The position numbers were made by a program, and so were the translations under genes. Below are positions 48,978-49,114 of a stretch of DNA of 49,114 nt, in pieces (position 1 is the first letter of the stretch; the number at the start of each line of letters is the position of its first letter). The stretch covers positions 1 through 49,114 of the forward strand of contig JAUCBJ010006584.1 of NCBI GenBank assembly GCA_032718475.1, in the 5' to 3' direction. The notes under the pieces are model-generated. The model searched no databases and was not told the DNA's origin. It saw only the letters and a list, made by a program, of their open reading frames with translations. This DNA is from Nemertoderma westbladi. Taxonomy: Eukaryota; Animalia; Xenacoelomorpha.

Positions 48978-49114
48978 GCCTTCTGTGCTGTTGGAAGTAG
49001 TGGTGCCGCTATCCGTAACACTACTCTACTACTACTAGGATCGGCATGCTGCATTGCAGCTGCATTTTTAAGAATGCTGTGCCGGCTTGTCAACAAAATT
49101 GCACCGCCACAACT

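Noticed and set aside
49015-49037. ACTACTACT as a possible Polinton right terminus
   Set aside because: No matching inverted left terminus or 6-bp TSD was found in the window.

Overview
AT-rich, transposon-dense eukaryotic DNA, most likely from an invertebrate animal (spliceosomal GT-AG introns, metazoan-type genes). There are two host genes. One is a multi-exon SPATA1-like gene on the minus strand (23913 down to about 7400). The other is an intronless LRRC59 gene, nested on the opposite strand inside the 12-kb intron of the SPATA1-like gene. That intron also holds an IS3EU transposon and one copy of a 4-5 kb duplicated segment carrying a C2H2 zinc-finger array gene and a Merlin transposase remnant. 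The left end has an internally deleted BEL/Pao retrotransposon with an LTR, a duplicated covarying hairpin, a CCHC-knuckle ORF and a Helentron-like element with periodic X-box motifs. The right half holds a decayed virus-like (Polinton/Maverick/adintovirus-related) cassette. It consists of a PC4-like ORF, a protein-primed DNA polymerase B (pPolB) gene split by a 4.8-kb foldback (Sola-like) insertion, and an intact divergent TBP-like ORF overlapping the polymerase stop. No capsid, ATPase, protease or integrase was recognised. All family assignments come from motifs recognised by eye; no database search was run.
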